Below are positions 1 through 13,262 of a stretch of 64,000 bases of DNA, piece after piece. Numbering within the stretch: the stretch's first letter is position 1; each line of letters begins with the position of its first letter. The stretch covers positions 50,406,001 to 50,470,000 of the forward strand of contig OX597816.1 in NCBI GenBank assembly GCA_951406725.2, given 5' to 3'. The translations under genes were made by a program, and so were the position numbers. The stretch comes from Octopus vulgaris. Taxonomy: Eukaryota. The notes under the pieces were generated by a model. That model ran no database searches. It worked only from the letters and a program-made list of their open reading frames with translations, and had not been told where the DNA came from.

Positions 1-674
1 TGTGAATGAAAGCATGTATGTTTATATAAATGTATGTATGAATAATGCTTGCTTTTTAATAGGATCAGCAGAAACGTATACAATCCTACGGGATACATTA
101 TCATTTAATCATCGCATTAGCTTAGTAATCGGACGAGCGTGTATAGTGTACAGTAAAGAATTCGACAAATGTCAAGTTTCACATGCATTGGTTCCTCCCT
201 GAGGAAATGCAAGAAGGCATAAACCAGGAAAGACACGCAAAACAACGGGGGAATGTTTTAGAAAACGTCTAAGGAAAAGGGAGATAAATGATATGTCCAT
301 TTAATTTCTTAAATGCTTATATCTCAAAACATACAAATATATATTGGTTGTTGTCGAATTGGGGAGCAGTTAAACGCTGTTAAATTATATTTCTAATCCG
401 GTGAGGCACGAAAATTGTTGAGATGCGTACATTTCATAAAAATTCCGATGTGTAATTTAGAAAATCGGCGCAATTATTCTGTATAACAAAAGATGAGTGT
501 TTTATGGGTTGCACATTTTACCCGTTAATGTGTGGTCTAAATGTCCCACGTTTGTTCCTTTAGTTGGTGTGATGTATACCGCCATCCTCTTTCATGTTAT
601 AGCTTGCTAAAATTGTGGCTTTTTCCGTTTAAGTATTTGACAGAAGGGTGGGAAGACATCGACATAAACTTTTT

Positions 675-845
675 CTAATTTAGGAACAGGATCTGAAATT
701 TTGATGGAAGAGTTTACCCGATTACATCGACCTCCAGCACTAGACTCGCACTTTATTTAATTGACTCTGAAAGGATGAATTACAAACTAGAGCAGGCTAA
801 AATGTGATAACAGAATATAAGGTCGGAAAAATGCTATTAGGCACG
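675..845 (-). mobile_element. Degenerate SINE family A copy
   Basis: Decayed match (cgattacatcgacc..ttgactctgaaaggatgaa) to the intact family A copies at 4858-5089 and 56735-56927. Confidence 0.5.
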
Positions 846-1498
846 CACACACGTACATATATACATACACATATTCATAGCAGCAACTAAAATCCTCGTT
901 GAAGGCTTGTGGAATACTATATGATGATGTGGATAGGAATGCTTTCATTATTATGGGCGGAAGTGTTGTGTGGAAGTAAAAAAACCTATTGGTTGGCTCC
1001 TAATGGACTATGCCACACTATGAATAGACATACGCAGAGAGTGTGAGTCTTGAGCTGTGTAAAGCTGAGCGTTGCGTATTATCGAGGGTTATTACCATTA
1101 TCTTGAGTATAACGATTTGCGAGGACGTTATTATTATCGTATTATATCATACGTCGAACGTGCGATACAACAGGAAGAAAAATGGAAAGACAAAGGAGTG
1201 GTTATTTTCGAAAGAATTACACATTTTTCACATAAAATTTAAGGAAGCCCCGCGAAATACCATTCCCACTATACATTATAGTTGACGCATTTTGAACAAT
1301 ATCTGCAGAAATGTATATTTTGCAATTGCTGGGATCATTAGTCACCAGCGGAGCCACAACTGTAAAGTAAAAATTTGTCTGCGTGTACAGTATTTCTAAT
1401 GATCTTAGATGGTTTTCCCCAGTTTCGAGGAACCAGAGATCAATTATACATATGCATGCATTCATACATACACAATAAACACATACACAGACACAAAG

Positions 1499-1559
<61 letters not shown>

Positions 1560-2557
1560 CACGTATATAGGTGTTTGTATATTAACATGCACTTATAGAA
1601 GCATTTGCTTTTTGTTTGGATATAGAAGAAATATGTAGTTACTTCCATGCATATATTTGCATTGATATATTTCTAAGTAACCATGTTAGAAATATAGTAG
1701 AGAATAGTCTAATGAATAATTTATGGGAAACCGGTCTATAGCTATCTTAACTTTAAAAATCTGTTGAATATTTCTTTAGACTCACCTCCTATAACCGATA
1801 TTAAATTTATCTTGTCTATGATATACGTTCTTTGAAAAATCTCAGTAGCATTTCCTACAAACATTTTTTATGGACTCCGAAATTGCAGAGCACCATCTTA
1901 CATACAATATTGATAGGTCATTAGAAAAAACTGCGACGAAGAGAAAGAGAAGAATGAAAATAACACAACTGTCATATGATAACTTGACAAAACTAATTTA
2001 TAGTATTGCCCTTTACCTGCACTAACAAACTCCCCATATCAAACAAGAAAATGAATATTTATCTTCCCTTCCTTTCATTTTACATCCTAAATATACTTTT
2101 TGTTTTATCTGGCCAACTGCCGACCAAATTACTTCTCAGGTTTTCGTGCATCTTACGAATTTTCTTTTACATTGCTGGGTTGTAGGCTCCCGGTAATTTT
2201 TGATGTTTACCTAGAAAGTGTACCTCTGATAGAAGCAGTAAAATAGTTCCTATTTCCTGCTAAAAAATACTGCTGGTAGGTGGAGGATGCGCTATCTGTT
2301 GTGGAGGCACGTATATATACCGAAATCATCCGTATGAATGCTTACGCACACTGGCGCCCACCAAATAAAAGCACACACACGCATATGTTCTCCCACACAA
2401 ACGCCCACACATTAATACGCTGACATTTAAATACAGGAACGTACAAATTCAAGGATTAATATTTACAATATTACGCGGAAATGAAAACAAAAACAGAAAT
2501 AATGCAACAGGTATAAAAAAAGTGCATGAAACGAAAATGAAAATAAAATTCGCGCAA

Positions 2558-2822
2558 AGGAAGGACTTTCGGAAATTCATAAGATCCGAGTTTTTCCCTC
2601 ATAACTTTTAGGAAAATGGGTTCTTTTTTTTAGTTGAAATTTTATATGAAAAGTTTGCTAACGTCATAGATCATGATTATAAAGGAATTTATGGGGAAAA
2701 CCTTTTTCGAGTGGCGAGGAGAGGACTTTCGGAAAATTCACAATGTCCGATTTCCCCCCGTAACTTTGAGGAAAATAAATAGCTTTTAATGGAATTTTAT
2801 ATAAATAGCTTTCAGACGACAT
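2558..2822 (+). repeat. ~160-bp tandem subrepeat of a dispersed repeat, probably internal to a DNA transposon or Helitron
   Basis: aggactttcggaaattca...taactttNaggaaaat recurs at ~2562 and ~2722. A reverse-complement copy lies at 3697-3945. Confidence 0.6.
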
Positions 2823-3365
2823 ACCTTTCTATTCACACTCAAAAATCTGAGCGTTTATGGGGGGAAATATATTGTTCAACCCGGAATGAGACCTAGCTAC
2901 TTGAAACAATATGTCGCTCGGCTACGTTTCATACGGGCCAACTCATTGCCAATCTAGCGACTTCATACGTTTCTTTTGGAGGCTGCAAGACTATACCCAT
3001 GATTCTGATGACACAGAAGAATGTATACCGGTTCTTGAAGTTCGTTTACGCATTTTATACTCTAAAACGTTCTTCTTAACCCCAACTTTGCTTATATTTT
3101 AAAACGTTCACTACAGATCTTTCTACACCCATTAGACATGTTAACTTGCTAATTGCTCACTGAGAGAACTCTTGAGTGACAACAAAATTAATTATGAGTT
3201 TCGAACGAACATATCGTTAACTGCATTAGAGAGGTGATTTGTTATTTACGTTTAATTTGCATAGAAGCACATAGACACACGCACGCTCGTTCGCGCGGGC
3301 ACTCACACATACACACAAGCTGACGTAAATACTATATTTATATCTATGAAAATAACCCTTGTGTG

Positions 3366-3418
<53 letters not shown>

Positions 3419-3696
3419 TCCAGCATGGCCACAGTCTATGACTGAAACTGATAAGATAATAATGGAATTATATAAACATGATGACAGCTGGTTAGCCGTC
3501 ACTTCGAAGTCACTGTGAAACTTGTCCTTGTAAAAATTAACCTTATGCACTTCACTAAAAAGTATTGAGTAATCCTTCAGTTTGAGTTAAACAGTTTATG
3601 TATATAACTTGACGTAAAAACCAACATTAATATAAATATATATAAATACATCTGCTTGTTGTTTACACACCCGTCTTTTGTTGTTTTTTTTTGTAA

Positions 3697-3945
3697 GGTA
3701 TTTATATAAAATTTCATTGACATATGTCCATTTTCCTCAAAGTTATGGGGAAGAAAATTGAACCTTGTAAATTTTCAGAAGTCCTCTCCCTACCCACAGA
3801 AAAAGATTTTCCCAGCAAATTTCTTTATAATCGAAATCTATGCCGTTTGAAAGATATTTATATAAAATGTCATTAAAAACACTAATTTTTCTAAAAGTTA
3901 TGAGGTAAAAACTCGGATCGTGTGAATTTTCTAAAAGTCCTCACC
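3697..3945 (-). repeat. Inverted, diverged copy of the 2558-2822 repeat
   Basis: ttttcctcaaagttatgggg, aagtcct and actcggatc are reverse complements of motifs in 2558-2822. Confidence 0.6.
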
Positions 3946-4043
3946 CCACCCCAATTGCTTTGCGGGTATCTTTGTTTTCATATTCGTTTCATACACATTT
4001 CTTTAACAGACGTTGCACTGTGTTTTTTTCTTCTTGTTTGGAC

Positions 4044-4094
<51 letters not shown>

Positions 4095-4124
4095 AATGAA
4101 ATAAAAAACAGAACGCAAAGGATG

Positions 4125-4220
4125 ACGCGGTACACGTGTTTCGAGCTTTATAAAACAACTTATTCTTACATCAATGTATAATCGACATAACAGATGGTTT
4201 AAAACCCTCTTCAGCCGCAT
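4125..4220 (-). ncRNA. Type-I hammerhead ribozyme with canonical core (Penelope-like non-coding element)
   Basis: Minus strand reads AUGCGG-CUGAAGA-GGGUUUUA...UAAAGCUC-GAAAC-ACGU-GUA^CCGCGU. Stem I is 6 bp, stem II 8 bp, and the minimal stem III has a palindromic loop. Confidence 0.85.
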
Positions 4221-4420
4221 GCAATTGCTACACCAAAGACTTGTATCACATAATGAAAAGTCCGAAAAAGAACATTTGGTATTATTTATAATGGTAGGTA
4301 TATTGAGTTTCACTGAGAAAGTATGTTTGTAAATCTTCCTAATCAAATAGGTGTACAGGGTATTATTGGACTTCCAAAATCCGTCCATATTGTATCATCA
4401 GTCAATATAGAGTGAATGCT

Positions 4421-4507
<87 letters not shown>

Positions 4508-4857
4508 TGTGTGTGTAGCCGCAGGAGTAGCTGTGTGGTAATTAACTTGCTTACCAACCACATGGTTCCGACTGCAACAAGTAAAGAGTAAGAGTGCGTG
4601 TGTGTGCGTGCGTGCGGTCTCTTTAAAACTTAATCAATGTTCAGTCATCTATGTCTTATCAATGTGTCAACAGAAAATATCTATTTGATTGAGGTAACTG
4701 ATTTACCACTGATTTACCATAGTTTGAATTATACTTGTATTCATTGAAAGTACACGGACAGTTACACAGATGAGCACAGGGAATCTTCCAGGCAAAAAAC
4801 ATAATGGATGGATGTAGTACCATATAAATTTCATGTGTGTGTATCAGTGTATGTATA

Positions 4858-5089
4858 TTTTTCTTTATTGCCCACAAGGAGCTAAACATAGAGGGGACAA
4901 ACAAGGACAGACAAAGGGATAAATCGATTACATCGACTCCAGTGCGTGACTGATACTTTATTTATCGACCACGAAAGGATGAAAGGCAAAGTCGACCTCG
5001 GCAGAATTTGAACTCAGAACGTAACGACAGACGAAATACCGCTAAGCATTTCGCCCGGTGGGCTAACGTTTCTGTCAGCTCGCTGCCTA
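4858..5089 (-). mobile_element. tRNA-derived SINE family A, full length
   Basis: Minus strand has GGCAGCGAGCTGACAGAA (A box) and GAGTTCAAATTC (B box). Perfect 16-bp TSD tatcagtgtatgtata at 4842-4857 and 5090-5105. Confidence 0.9.
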
Positions 5090-6300
5090 TATCAGTGTAT
5101 GTATAAGATTCCGTGTATGCATATTGAATGAAGAATGGAATGTGTAAGAAAGCGAATGACAGCAAAATAATTATTTCATGTATATTGAAAGGAACAATCG
5201 ATTTCATAAAATAACGATTCTTTTCTTTCTTACAACAATAGCAGGTTTGCAGGGTCGTTAGCTTCCAACCGGGTGAATAGAAGAATAAAGTAGCATAAAT
5301 GTCATTATTCTTTTGTCACTTTGTGTAGCACATGTCTCATGTCTATAGATTCTGATGAGACTTTCAACAATGATGTTGTATTGGACTCTTATCTGTCTTC
5401 CATGCTCGAGTTTGTGTATAGAAACAATTAATGAAGCATTTTTGGAGATTACAAGTATATATAACTCCATGCATTGAGTGAGAATTTAAAGAATATAACC
5501 GTAAAATTACTAAGTATACAATGAAATAGAAATACCTATGCATATGTGTAGGAATACTCGCATTCATAAATGCATGCATTAATGCATATGCACAAGGGTA
5601 TGTTTATATAATATAATTCCTGTATCTATGTACATAGTTTTGCGTGTATGTACACGCTTCGCTACTTTTACCATTGTAAAAGTGAAAGCTGGATAAGCAT
5701 GTGTATATACAAGAGTGTGAATGGGTTTGTTTCTCTGTGTGTGTTCGTGTATATATATATATATATGTGTGTGTGTCTGTGTGTGAGCAGTGGGTGTATA
5801 CATATAGGATAATACATGAAACAACTATGAAATAATAAGATATGATTCTCTATTACATATACCATACAGGATTTTGATGCAATTTGGGCGACGCTGTATT
5901 CACTGCTCATCTGTTGATTTCTGTCTTTGATGAAGAAGTTAAGGTCTCGAAGGAGAACAAAAACGAAGACAGAATTTAATACGATGGTGTGTCATCGCGT
6001 TATAATATCACACTGTTTTGTTTTGTTTTCTCCCTATTTACCAGTACCGGAGCAACAGATGATCACAATCATTTCAGTCGTAACCAGTCGTTTTCCTGTT
6101 TTCTGTGAATCGTGCACACGGGATTACAAAAGAATATCTTAAATTATTTCATCTCATTTACATGCTAATTTACATCTTTTAGTGCTAATAATATGATTTA
6201 TTCGCTCAACTGTTTATATGCATTGTCAGGCTTAGGGTTGCCGTGTATATTCTACTCAAGTTATTTTGTAATGAGAGACTTTTAATGCACCACTAGTAAG

Positions 6301-6530
6301 GCGGCGAGCTGGCAGAAACGTTAGCACGCCAGGCGAAATGCTTAGCCGTATTTCGTCTGCCGTTACGTTCTGAGTTCAAATTTCGCCGAGGTCAACTTTG
6401 CTTTTCATTCTTTCGGGGTCGATAAATAAAGTACCAGTTACGCACTGGGGTCGATGTAATCGATTTAATCCCTTGGTCTGTCTTTGCTTGTCCCCTCTAT
6501 GTTTAGCCCTTTGTTGGCAATAAAAAAATA
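6301..6530 (+). mobile_element. tRNA-derived SINE family A, full length
   Basis: GGCGGCGAGCTGGCAGAA head, gagttcaaatt B box and A-rich tail. Imperfect TSD taatgcaccactagt / taatacaccactggt. Confidence 0.9.
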
Positions 6531-7034
6531 TAATACACCACTGGTCAACGTTATTTGTTCACTCTCTCCTTTCTCGACGTCCCTACAATCTCTCAATCCA
6601 AAACCTCACCTGCCTTACTATCTATGCAATTAGAGGTTATTCGAAAATGTTTCCATGCCGAAGTTTTGGAAACAAACAATCTACCCACCACCAACCAACA
6701 TAAGATTAACGCCTTGTCAAATTACAGAAAACAATTGAAAACATCATGTGTTTTTCAAATGGTTTGTTTCCAAACACGCTGAGAATGTCCATACGTATCT
6801 TATATAAACTGGATTCATAATTCTTGAAGTTGTTGATCATGATAATTCCGAGACAAAAATATAGCTTTCTGCGAAAATTGAAGACATGGTTCAGTAAAAT
6901 GCCGTATATAATTCACATTCACACAGATTCACACACACACACACACATACAGAGGCTCATGTAAAACCGTGTGTATGCATCAAATATATACCAAACACAA
7001 ACACGCACACACATGTATATACATACATATATAT

Positions 7035-7196
7035 TCTTTTATTTTTTTATTTGTTTCTGTCATTTGACTGCGGCCATCCTTGAGCAACACCTTTAGTCTT
7101 TTGGCCGAACCGCTAAGTTACGGGTAAGTAAACACACCAGCATCGGTTGTCAAGCGATGTTGGGGACACACACACAAGTATATTTACACACACACG

Positions 7197-7278
<82 letters not shown>

Positions 7279-7438
7279 TACGGCGGACTTCTTTCAGTTT
7301 CCGTCTACCAAATCTACTCACAAGGATTTGGTCAGCCTGAAGCTATAGTAGAATACACTTGCCCAAGGTGCCACGCAGTAGTACCGAACCCAGAACCATG
7401 TGGTTGGTAAGCAAGCTACTTACTACACAGCCACTCCT
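7035..7438 (-). mobile_element. tRNA-derived SINE family B (CORE-like) with internal (CA)/(TA) microsatellite
   Basis: Minus strand has CAGGAGTGGCTGTGTAGTAAG and ggcaccttgggcaagtgt, which resembles the CORE-SINE domain. Matches the copies at 15671 and 37170. Confidence 0.85.
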
Positions 7439-7585
7439 GTATGTGTGTATATATAAAGAAGTGTGGGCAGCCGTGACCCCATAGTGCATGCAATAATCTG
7501 TGAGTACAGTGTAAATTTGTCCTGTGATTTTCTGAAATATATACACATGTACACATGCATCCGGAAATTTTCTTAAATTAAATAA

Positions 7586-7818
7586 GGCGGCGATCTGGCA
7601 GAAACGTTAGCATGCCGGTCGAAATGCGTAGCCGTATTTCGTCCGCCGTTAAGTTCTGAGTTAAAATTCCGCCGAGGTCGACTTTGCCTTTCATCCTTTC
7701 GGGGTCGATAAATTAAGTACCAGTTACGCACTGGAGTCGATGTAATCAACTTGATCTGTTTGTCTGTCCTTGTTTGTCCCCTCTATGTTTGGCCCCATGT
7801 GGGTAAGAAATAAATAGG
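7586..7818 (+). mobile_element. tRNA-derived SINE family A
   Basis: Aligns to 6301-6530 and is followed by a partial duplication to ~7880. Confidence 0.9.
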
Positions 7819-8036
7819 TATTTCATCTGTCTTCATGTTCTGAGGTTAAATTTCAAGGGGGTCAGCTTTGCTTTGCATTTTATTCTATCGGCGTCTTTTG
7901 CCGAACCGCTAAGTTACGGAGACGTTAACACAGTAGCATCGTCTGTCATTTGTTATCTTTTCATACAATCCCTAGATCATGCAACTAGAAAAGTAATCCT
8001 ATAGAATGTCACTGTTCGAGGTAGAAGCACTGTTCG

Positions 8037-8285
8037 TTGCCCCCTTTTTAAAGCCTAGCCAGTCTCATGGGCCTTGATTCCCGGTTTCAATGGTGTATGT
8101 GTTCCCCAACTGGACGGGACGCCACTCCATCGCTGCGTTACTCATTTTTGCCAGCTGAGTGGACTGGAGCAACGTGAAATGAAGTGTTTTGCTCAAGACA
8201 CAACGCGTCGCCCGGTCCAGAAATTGAAACCATAATCTTACGATCATGATGCTGGCACCCTAACCACTAAACCACGCACCTCCAC
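8037..8285 (-). mobile_element. tRNA-derived SINE family D (MetaSINE-like central domain)
   Basis: Minus strand has a GTGGAGGTGCGTGGTTTAGTGGTTAG head, then tgtgtcttgagcaaaacact and gcgatggagtggcgtcccgtccag. TSD-like agaagcactgttcg (8023-8036) / agaagcagtgtacg (8286-8299). Confidence 0.8.
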
Positions 8286-8386
8286 AGAAGCAGTGTACGA
8301 ACCAAAAAGTAATATTTTCTAACGGAGTTATGTTGTAGTTAAAAGATCAGTGATTGTATGACACTGTATTTTATTGATATTGCAAG

Positions 8387-8480
8387 TGACGTCAGACCAA
8401 TGCCAAGCCTAACCAACAACGTCAAACTGATGCCGTACGTTGCGAACTGACGTGATTCAATAAGATCCAAATCACGTGAT
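8387..8480. promoter_or_regulatory. Candidate enhancer or promoter motif cluster
   Basis: CRE TGACGTCA at 8387-8394, CCAAT at 8397-8401, half-CREs at 8419 and 8448, and E-box palindrome ATCACGTGAT at 8471-8480, all in apparently unique sequence. Confidence 0.3.
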
Positions 8481-8665
8481 CTGGTGGTCTAGGTGAATAT
8501 CTCCTGCTTGCTGTGAACATTGAGTGCAAAATTAAACTGAATAAACCAGCTACAGGAGATAACTTTCTGGTTTTAACATACCAGTATCGTCGGTTCTCAG
8601 AGAGCACCCACGTTAAAGTGAAGATAAATACTACTTTTATATATATAAGTCACTATTAGGGATAA

Positions 8666-9340
8666 AAATGAAAAATAAAAACATTTACTATCTAACTTTT
8701 GGACCATGGTTTCAGCCTTTTTTTAGCAAATGAAATAATTTGCTAGGCGAAGTGTACATCAGCAGGCACACTTTAGATTAAACATATATACACGACGCAA
8801 TCCAGTATATGCTCCGTGCTTATACATCCTATTTTTTCAATTCTACCGCCCAAGCACAGCTCCTTATCGTCAGTAAATTAAAATGCCGGCTTTTCAATTT
8901 TATGTGTTTAAATATACACTGTATTTATAAGAATAATATAGAGTCTATTGAGGAAATTTTTACACACTAAGCCACTGATAGTAGAAATTTTTAATATTTC
9001 TTATTACCCTTGATATTATTAATTATTGATAATTTTTCTGGATAATTCCTAGCTAATTTAGCCTAGTAAATTATTTCATTTGCTAAAAATGTATGAAACC
9101 ACGGTCCAGGAATTAGATGGTAAATGTTTTTATTTTCCATTCCCTTCGAAGTTTTATCACTGATATTGGTTTGGAATTTAACTGTTCTTTCTAGCGTGTA
9201 TGATGAATGCCTCTTAGTTGTTTAAATGTACGCTGTGTTTATATGAATAACACATAGTCAACTGATTAAATTTTTACACGCTAGGCCACTGGTAGGAGAA
9301 TTTCCTAATATTTCTTATTACCCTTGATATCATTAATTAT
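8666..9340. mobile_element. Penelope-like non-coding element with inverted arms, a partial tandem repeat and a decayed hammerhead
   Basis: Inverted arms at 8666-8748 and 9061-9143. Direct repeat ~8905-9030 / ~9219-9340. Minus strand 8701-8766 reads CCUG-CUGAUGU...GAAAC-CAUG-GUC; the other arm keeps GAAAC-CACG-GUC-CAGG. Confidence 0.65.
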
Positions 9341-9343
9341 ACA

Positions 9344-9379
<36 letters not shown>

Positions 9380-9392
<13 letters not shown>

Positions 9393-9760
9393 GGCAGTTT
9401 GTCTGTGCGTGTTTCTGTGTGTCTGTTTGCTTGTACCCTCACCCTGACCACGGCTTTCAACCGATTCTGATGAAACTTGACACACACATAGCCCAATGTC
9501 ATAATTCAAACTAACGCAGCGAAAATTTTGAAAAGTTCCCCCAGTTCTGAAAAAAAATCCATAAATTCGACATGGGGTCGAGAATTAGAAACACAAACCG
9601 CAAACTGTCTAGGGGACGCAACTCCACCTTTTTTTAACTAAAAAAAAAATTACCATCATCTTTTTTCCATTGTTTTTGCTATTTTTTTGGCTATAACTCT
9701 CTAAAAATGCTTTATAGTTATTTCCCTTACAAACCTGAGCAACGCCGGGCGATACTGCTA

Positions 9761-9761
<1 letters not shown>
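9380..9761 (+). mobile_element. Non-autonomous Helitron
   Basis: Starts from TATATAAA, followed by a GTCT/GTGT tract and accgattctgatgaaac. Ends with the subterminal hairpin cctgagcaacgccggg and CTAG (9758-9761) before T. Sits in (TA)n. Confidence 0.75.
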
Positions 9762-9794
<33 letters not shown>

Positions 9795-12111
9795 GCACGC
9801 AGGTATTTCTGTTCTTTCCATTGATATATTTTGCTCTGTCGCTTTTTCAAAGAAGACAGTTGAGGGTAAGTCATATTTCTCATAATTGCTAATCTGTTTA
9901 AGGCGCTTTATTATCTGACATTGAAAATATCTGGAGCTCCATGAATGATAACATTAACTCTGCTCGTTTGTGCTAATTTATTTAGCATAGTAACTATTAT
10001 GATGCCAACTATGATTAATTATTTTGCGGAAAAACGGCTGATAATATTTTTAATAATTTTCAAATTACTTCAGACTGATGTTGACATGTTTCCGTTTCAT
10101 AGATCCTCCTCACTGAAGCATATTATTCATGTCTTTGATGAAGTGGTAATGAGAGAGACTGTATATATTGGTGATATTTTAGACTGATCGCATTAATCAC
10201 TAAGTGGTATTGTCTTTATTCCCCTGTTCCAGTTTGGATTATACAATTACTGCGCTTAATTTCTAAAGAATACAGGCAATAGATTTCAAATGAACATCTC
10301 ACAGACTGACAAACACACACACCAACACACATGCACTAACACTCACACACGTACATGCACAAAGATTCAATGATTATATATATCGATACCTATCTACAAA
10401 CCCCCACACATACACACACACACACAAGATCATTATAGTTATGAATAATGTATGTTGTATGTCATATTCTGCTCAGGCAGAGTAGTTGGCAGAGGAGTAG
10501 TTAACTCACCATGTAATCTACGCATTATTGTTTGGCTATATTGTGTTCACGTGGCAAATAAAATCCAGGAAGAATGTCTTTCAATTTCTGCGGTCATGGA
10601 ATTTGAATTTACCTTTGAATGCTGTGCTCAACTTTAAAACCTTTAACTAATTATTAATACTAAATTGATACTATAACCATAATTATCTAGTATTAAGCTA
10701 AGATTCATTAATATTCATTGATATCAAATACCATCAATGTTTGACGGTAGATGATGTAGCTATGATGACTAAGCATTTAGATGACCTTTTGTGATGACCA
10801 AATCTTTAGTAAATTCTTAGATAGATACAGAAGTTACGTTCTCATTACACAAGATAAATTTTGAATGATACGTATCTGTTTTCAATTCTTACCCAAATAA
10901 TTCATTTTCAATTTTTCAAAACTCAACAGTGTTGTCTATTTTTTTTTTTTGTTTTCACGTATATACGAATCTCCTGAACTTTATTTACATTTGCACGTTC
11001 TCCTGAACTTTAAATACATTTGCACGTTAAAATAGGAATTATTTGTTGTAACGTTATAGTATGATTTGAAAATATGCCTTCGTATTCATGTTTTATTTCA
11101 GGTCATGTTCCCTATCATAACTGGTGTATTCTGAATTTATTCAAGAGATTTATGAAAACACATTATGTATTATTTACTAAAGAATATGACAAGAAAACAT
11201 TAAGAAAATATAATTCCAAAATTACCATTTATAAATTTTAATAATAAATATTTTGTAGTAAAATGAAATAATATATATATAATTGCTGAGCATATTATAA
11301 CAGCCGATAGTTTTATTGCTAAGGCGATTATATAATTCAAAACAAGATTTAAGTATTCTTTCATAATTGAACGCCATATAAAATACTTGATATTATTGAA
11401 ATTTAGATATCATACGAAGTTTGAATCGCTGATGTTGTTTACAGATATTGCTGAATAAAAAGTTTCGAGGAGTTATTGATTACATTTCAAGGAAGGAATC
11501 TCAAACCATGCAATAATATTCTAATTTTGTTGAATAACATCGATATGACCGAAAAAGAGGAAAACATTATTTTGCTATTATTCCATTTGTAGATAATACC
11601 TGATTTAGGAAAGCATCAAGTATGTTATTTATGCCTTTAGTGTCTGATTTGCATAGAAAGTTGTAATGTTATGGACCTTCATATTTGCATGATTTTATGT
11701 TACGCTGTCTTGTTTGTGTATCTCTTTATCGAATGAATGCAAAGTTGTTATCTCGTAAGTCTAATGAAGTAAACTTATTATATCATACCTGACAGACGCA
11801 GTCAAGTCGTTTGATAAGGAGGACCACTTATAATATTTTTCGTCCAAGCATATACATAGAAGCACGTTCACATATATGTATATCTATCACTAACCCTAAT
11901 CATCTATATTTTTACACACACAAACACACTTACACACACGTAGAAAGACATACACACGGACACGCACACGCAGGCACACGCACACACAAGCAAATACATA
12001 TTTAGACAGAGATAGATAGACACAGATATATAGATGTACGAATGTATGTTATTAAATTCAACCTATTTGTTACCTGGTATCTATCTCTGTATCTATCTCT
12101 CCATATCTCCA

Positions 12112-12181
<70 letters not shown>

Positions 12182-12311
12182 GGTGAATGAATTATCCTAT
12201 GTTTACCGTCAACATGGACAGTTCGATGAACCGATACCAGGGTAGCAAATTCACGTCAGAAACACGGTTGAAGGTAGAATCTCCGGGTTCATATGCAGAA
12301 ATTTGTGTGTT

Positions 12312-12565
12312 ATATATGAATAAATAAATAAATGGAGTTGAACTAAGATGTTAATAAAATTCCTTTACTTTCGACATATGTTTCGAAGACAAAAGGGTTT
12401 TATTCCAAAGGAATGAACGGTGAAAGATGCAATCTTCTCATGAGGAAAGAAAGGGAGCCTCTCTCAACAACAAGACAATATAATAATTACGATGACTCAT
12501 GCTATATGTCGAAAGTAAAGGAATATTATTAAAATCTTCGTTCAACTCCATTTATTTATTTATTC

Positions 12566-12572
<7 letters not shown>
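12312..12572. mobile_element. Fold-back Penelope-like element with a hammerhead carrying a core mutation
   Basis: Inverted arms at 12312-12380 and 12504-12572. Minus strand 12362-12454 reads CUUUC-CUCAUGA-GAAGA...UCUUC-GAAAC-AUAU-GUC^GAAAG (G5 replaced by C). Confidence 0.75.
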
Positions 12573-12619
<47 letters not shown>

Positions 12620-12894
12620 TATGAACTTAAACTTAACTCACTTTTCAAGCTCACATGTTGCTCTTGAGACACTTTCTTGCTCTCTTCTCTATCATTCTTT
12701 GCGTCCCATTGTATTTTATGTTTCTAACTATGATAGATATGTAAGTTGTCTGTCCCCACAATCCAAAATGGAAGGTATTACTTACAGATAAACGACGTCT
12801 TGAAAAGAAGGATTCTACTCCAACGATTTGTAAAACCTTATAAATATTTCAATACTCATTCTGCGATTGATAATCTTTAAGTGAACGACTGTTT

Positions 12895-13262
12895 CATCTC
12901 ATACCTTGTTGTCAGCTGGGCATGCTGTGTCTATGATCCAGCATAGTTTGTTTTCTTTCTGAATTAAGACTATGTCCAGCTTCCTATTCTCAATCTCATG
13001 GTCGCACTGAATCATAAAATTCCATCGAATCATTGCATTTCTATTTTCGACAATGCCTTCAGATTTGTGGTCGTACCAATTTTTTCTCTCTCAAGTCCAT
13101 ACTTATTGCAAAGTGTCCAATGGACACGTCTCGCTATATTGTCGTGGCGCCTCTTATATTCCTTCTGGGTTTGTGGCGTACATTGGCTGGTAATATACCA
13201 TACTGTTTCACCGTTTTGTCCACAGATTCTGCACTTATCACTTCCTGATGTGTTGTCTATTC
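12895..13262 (-). mobile_element. R4/Dong-type RLE non-LTR retrotransposon fragment
   Basis: Minus-strand translation gives KCRICGQNGETVWYITSQC, KEYKRRHDNIA..VHWTLC, QCDHEIENRKLDIVL and CWIIDTACP (zinc knuckle, RHD and RLE motifs). Confidence 0.85.

Noticed and set aside
9468-9480. CTGATGAAAC as a hammerhead core
   Set aside because: No stem II or stem I; it is part of the Helitron internal motif.
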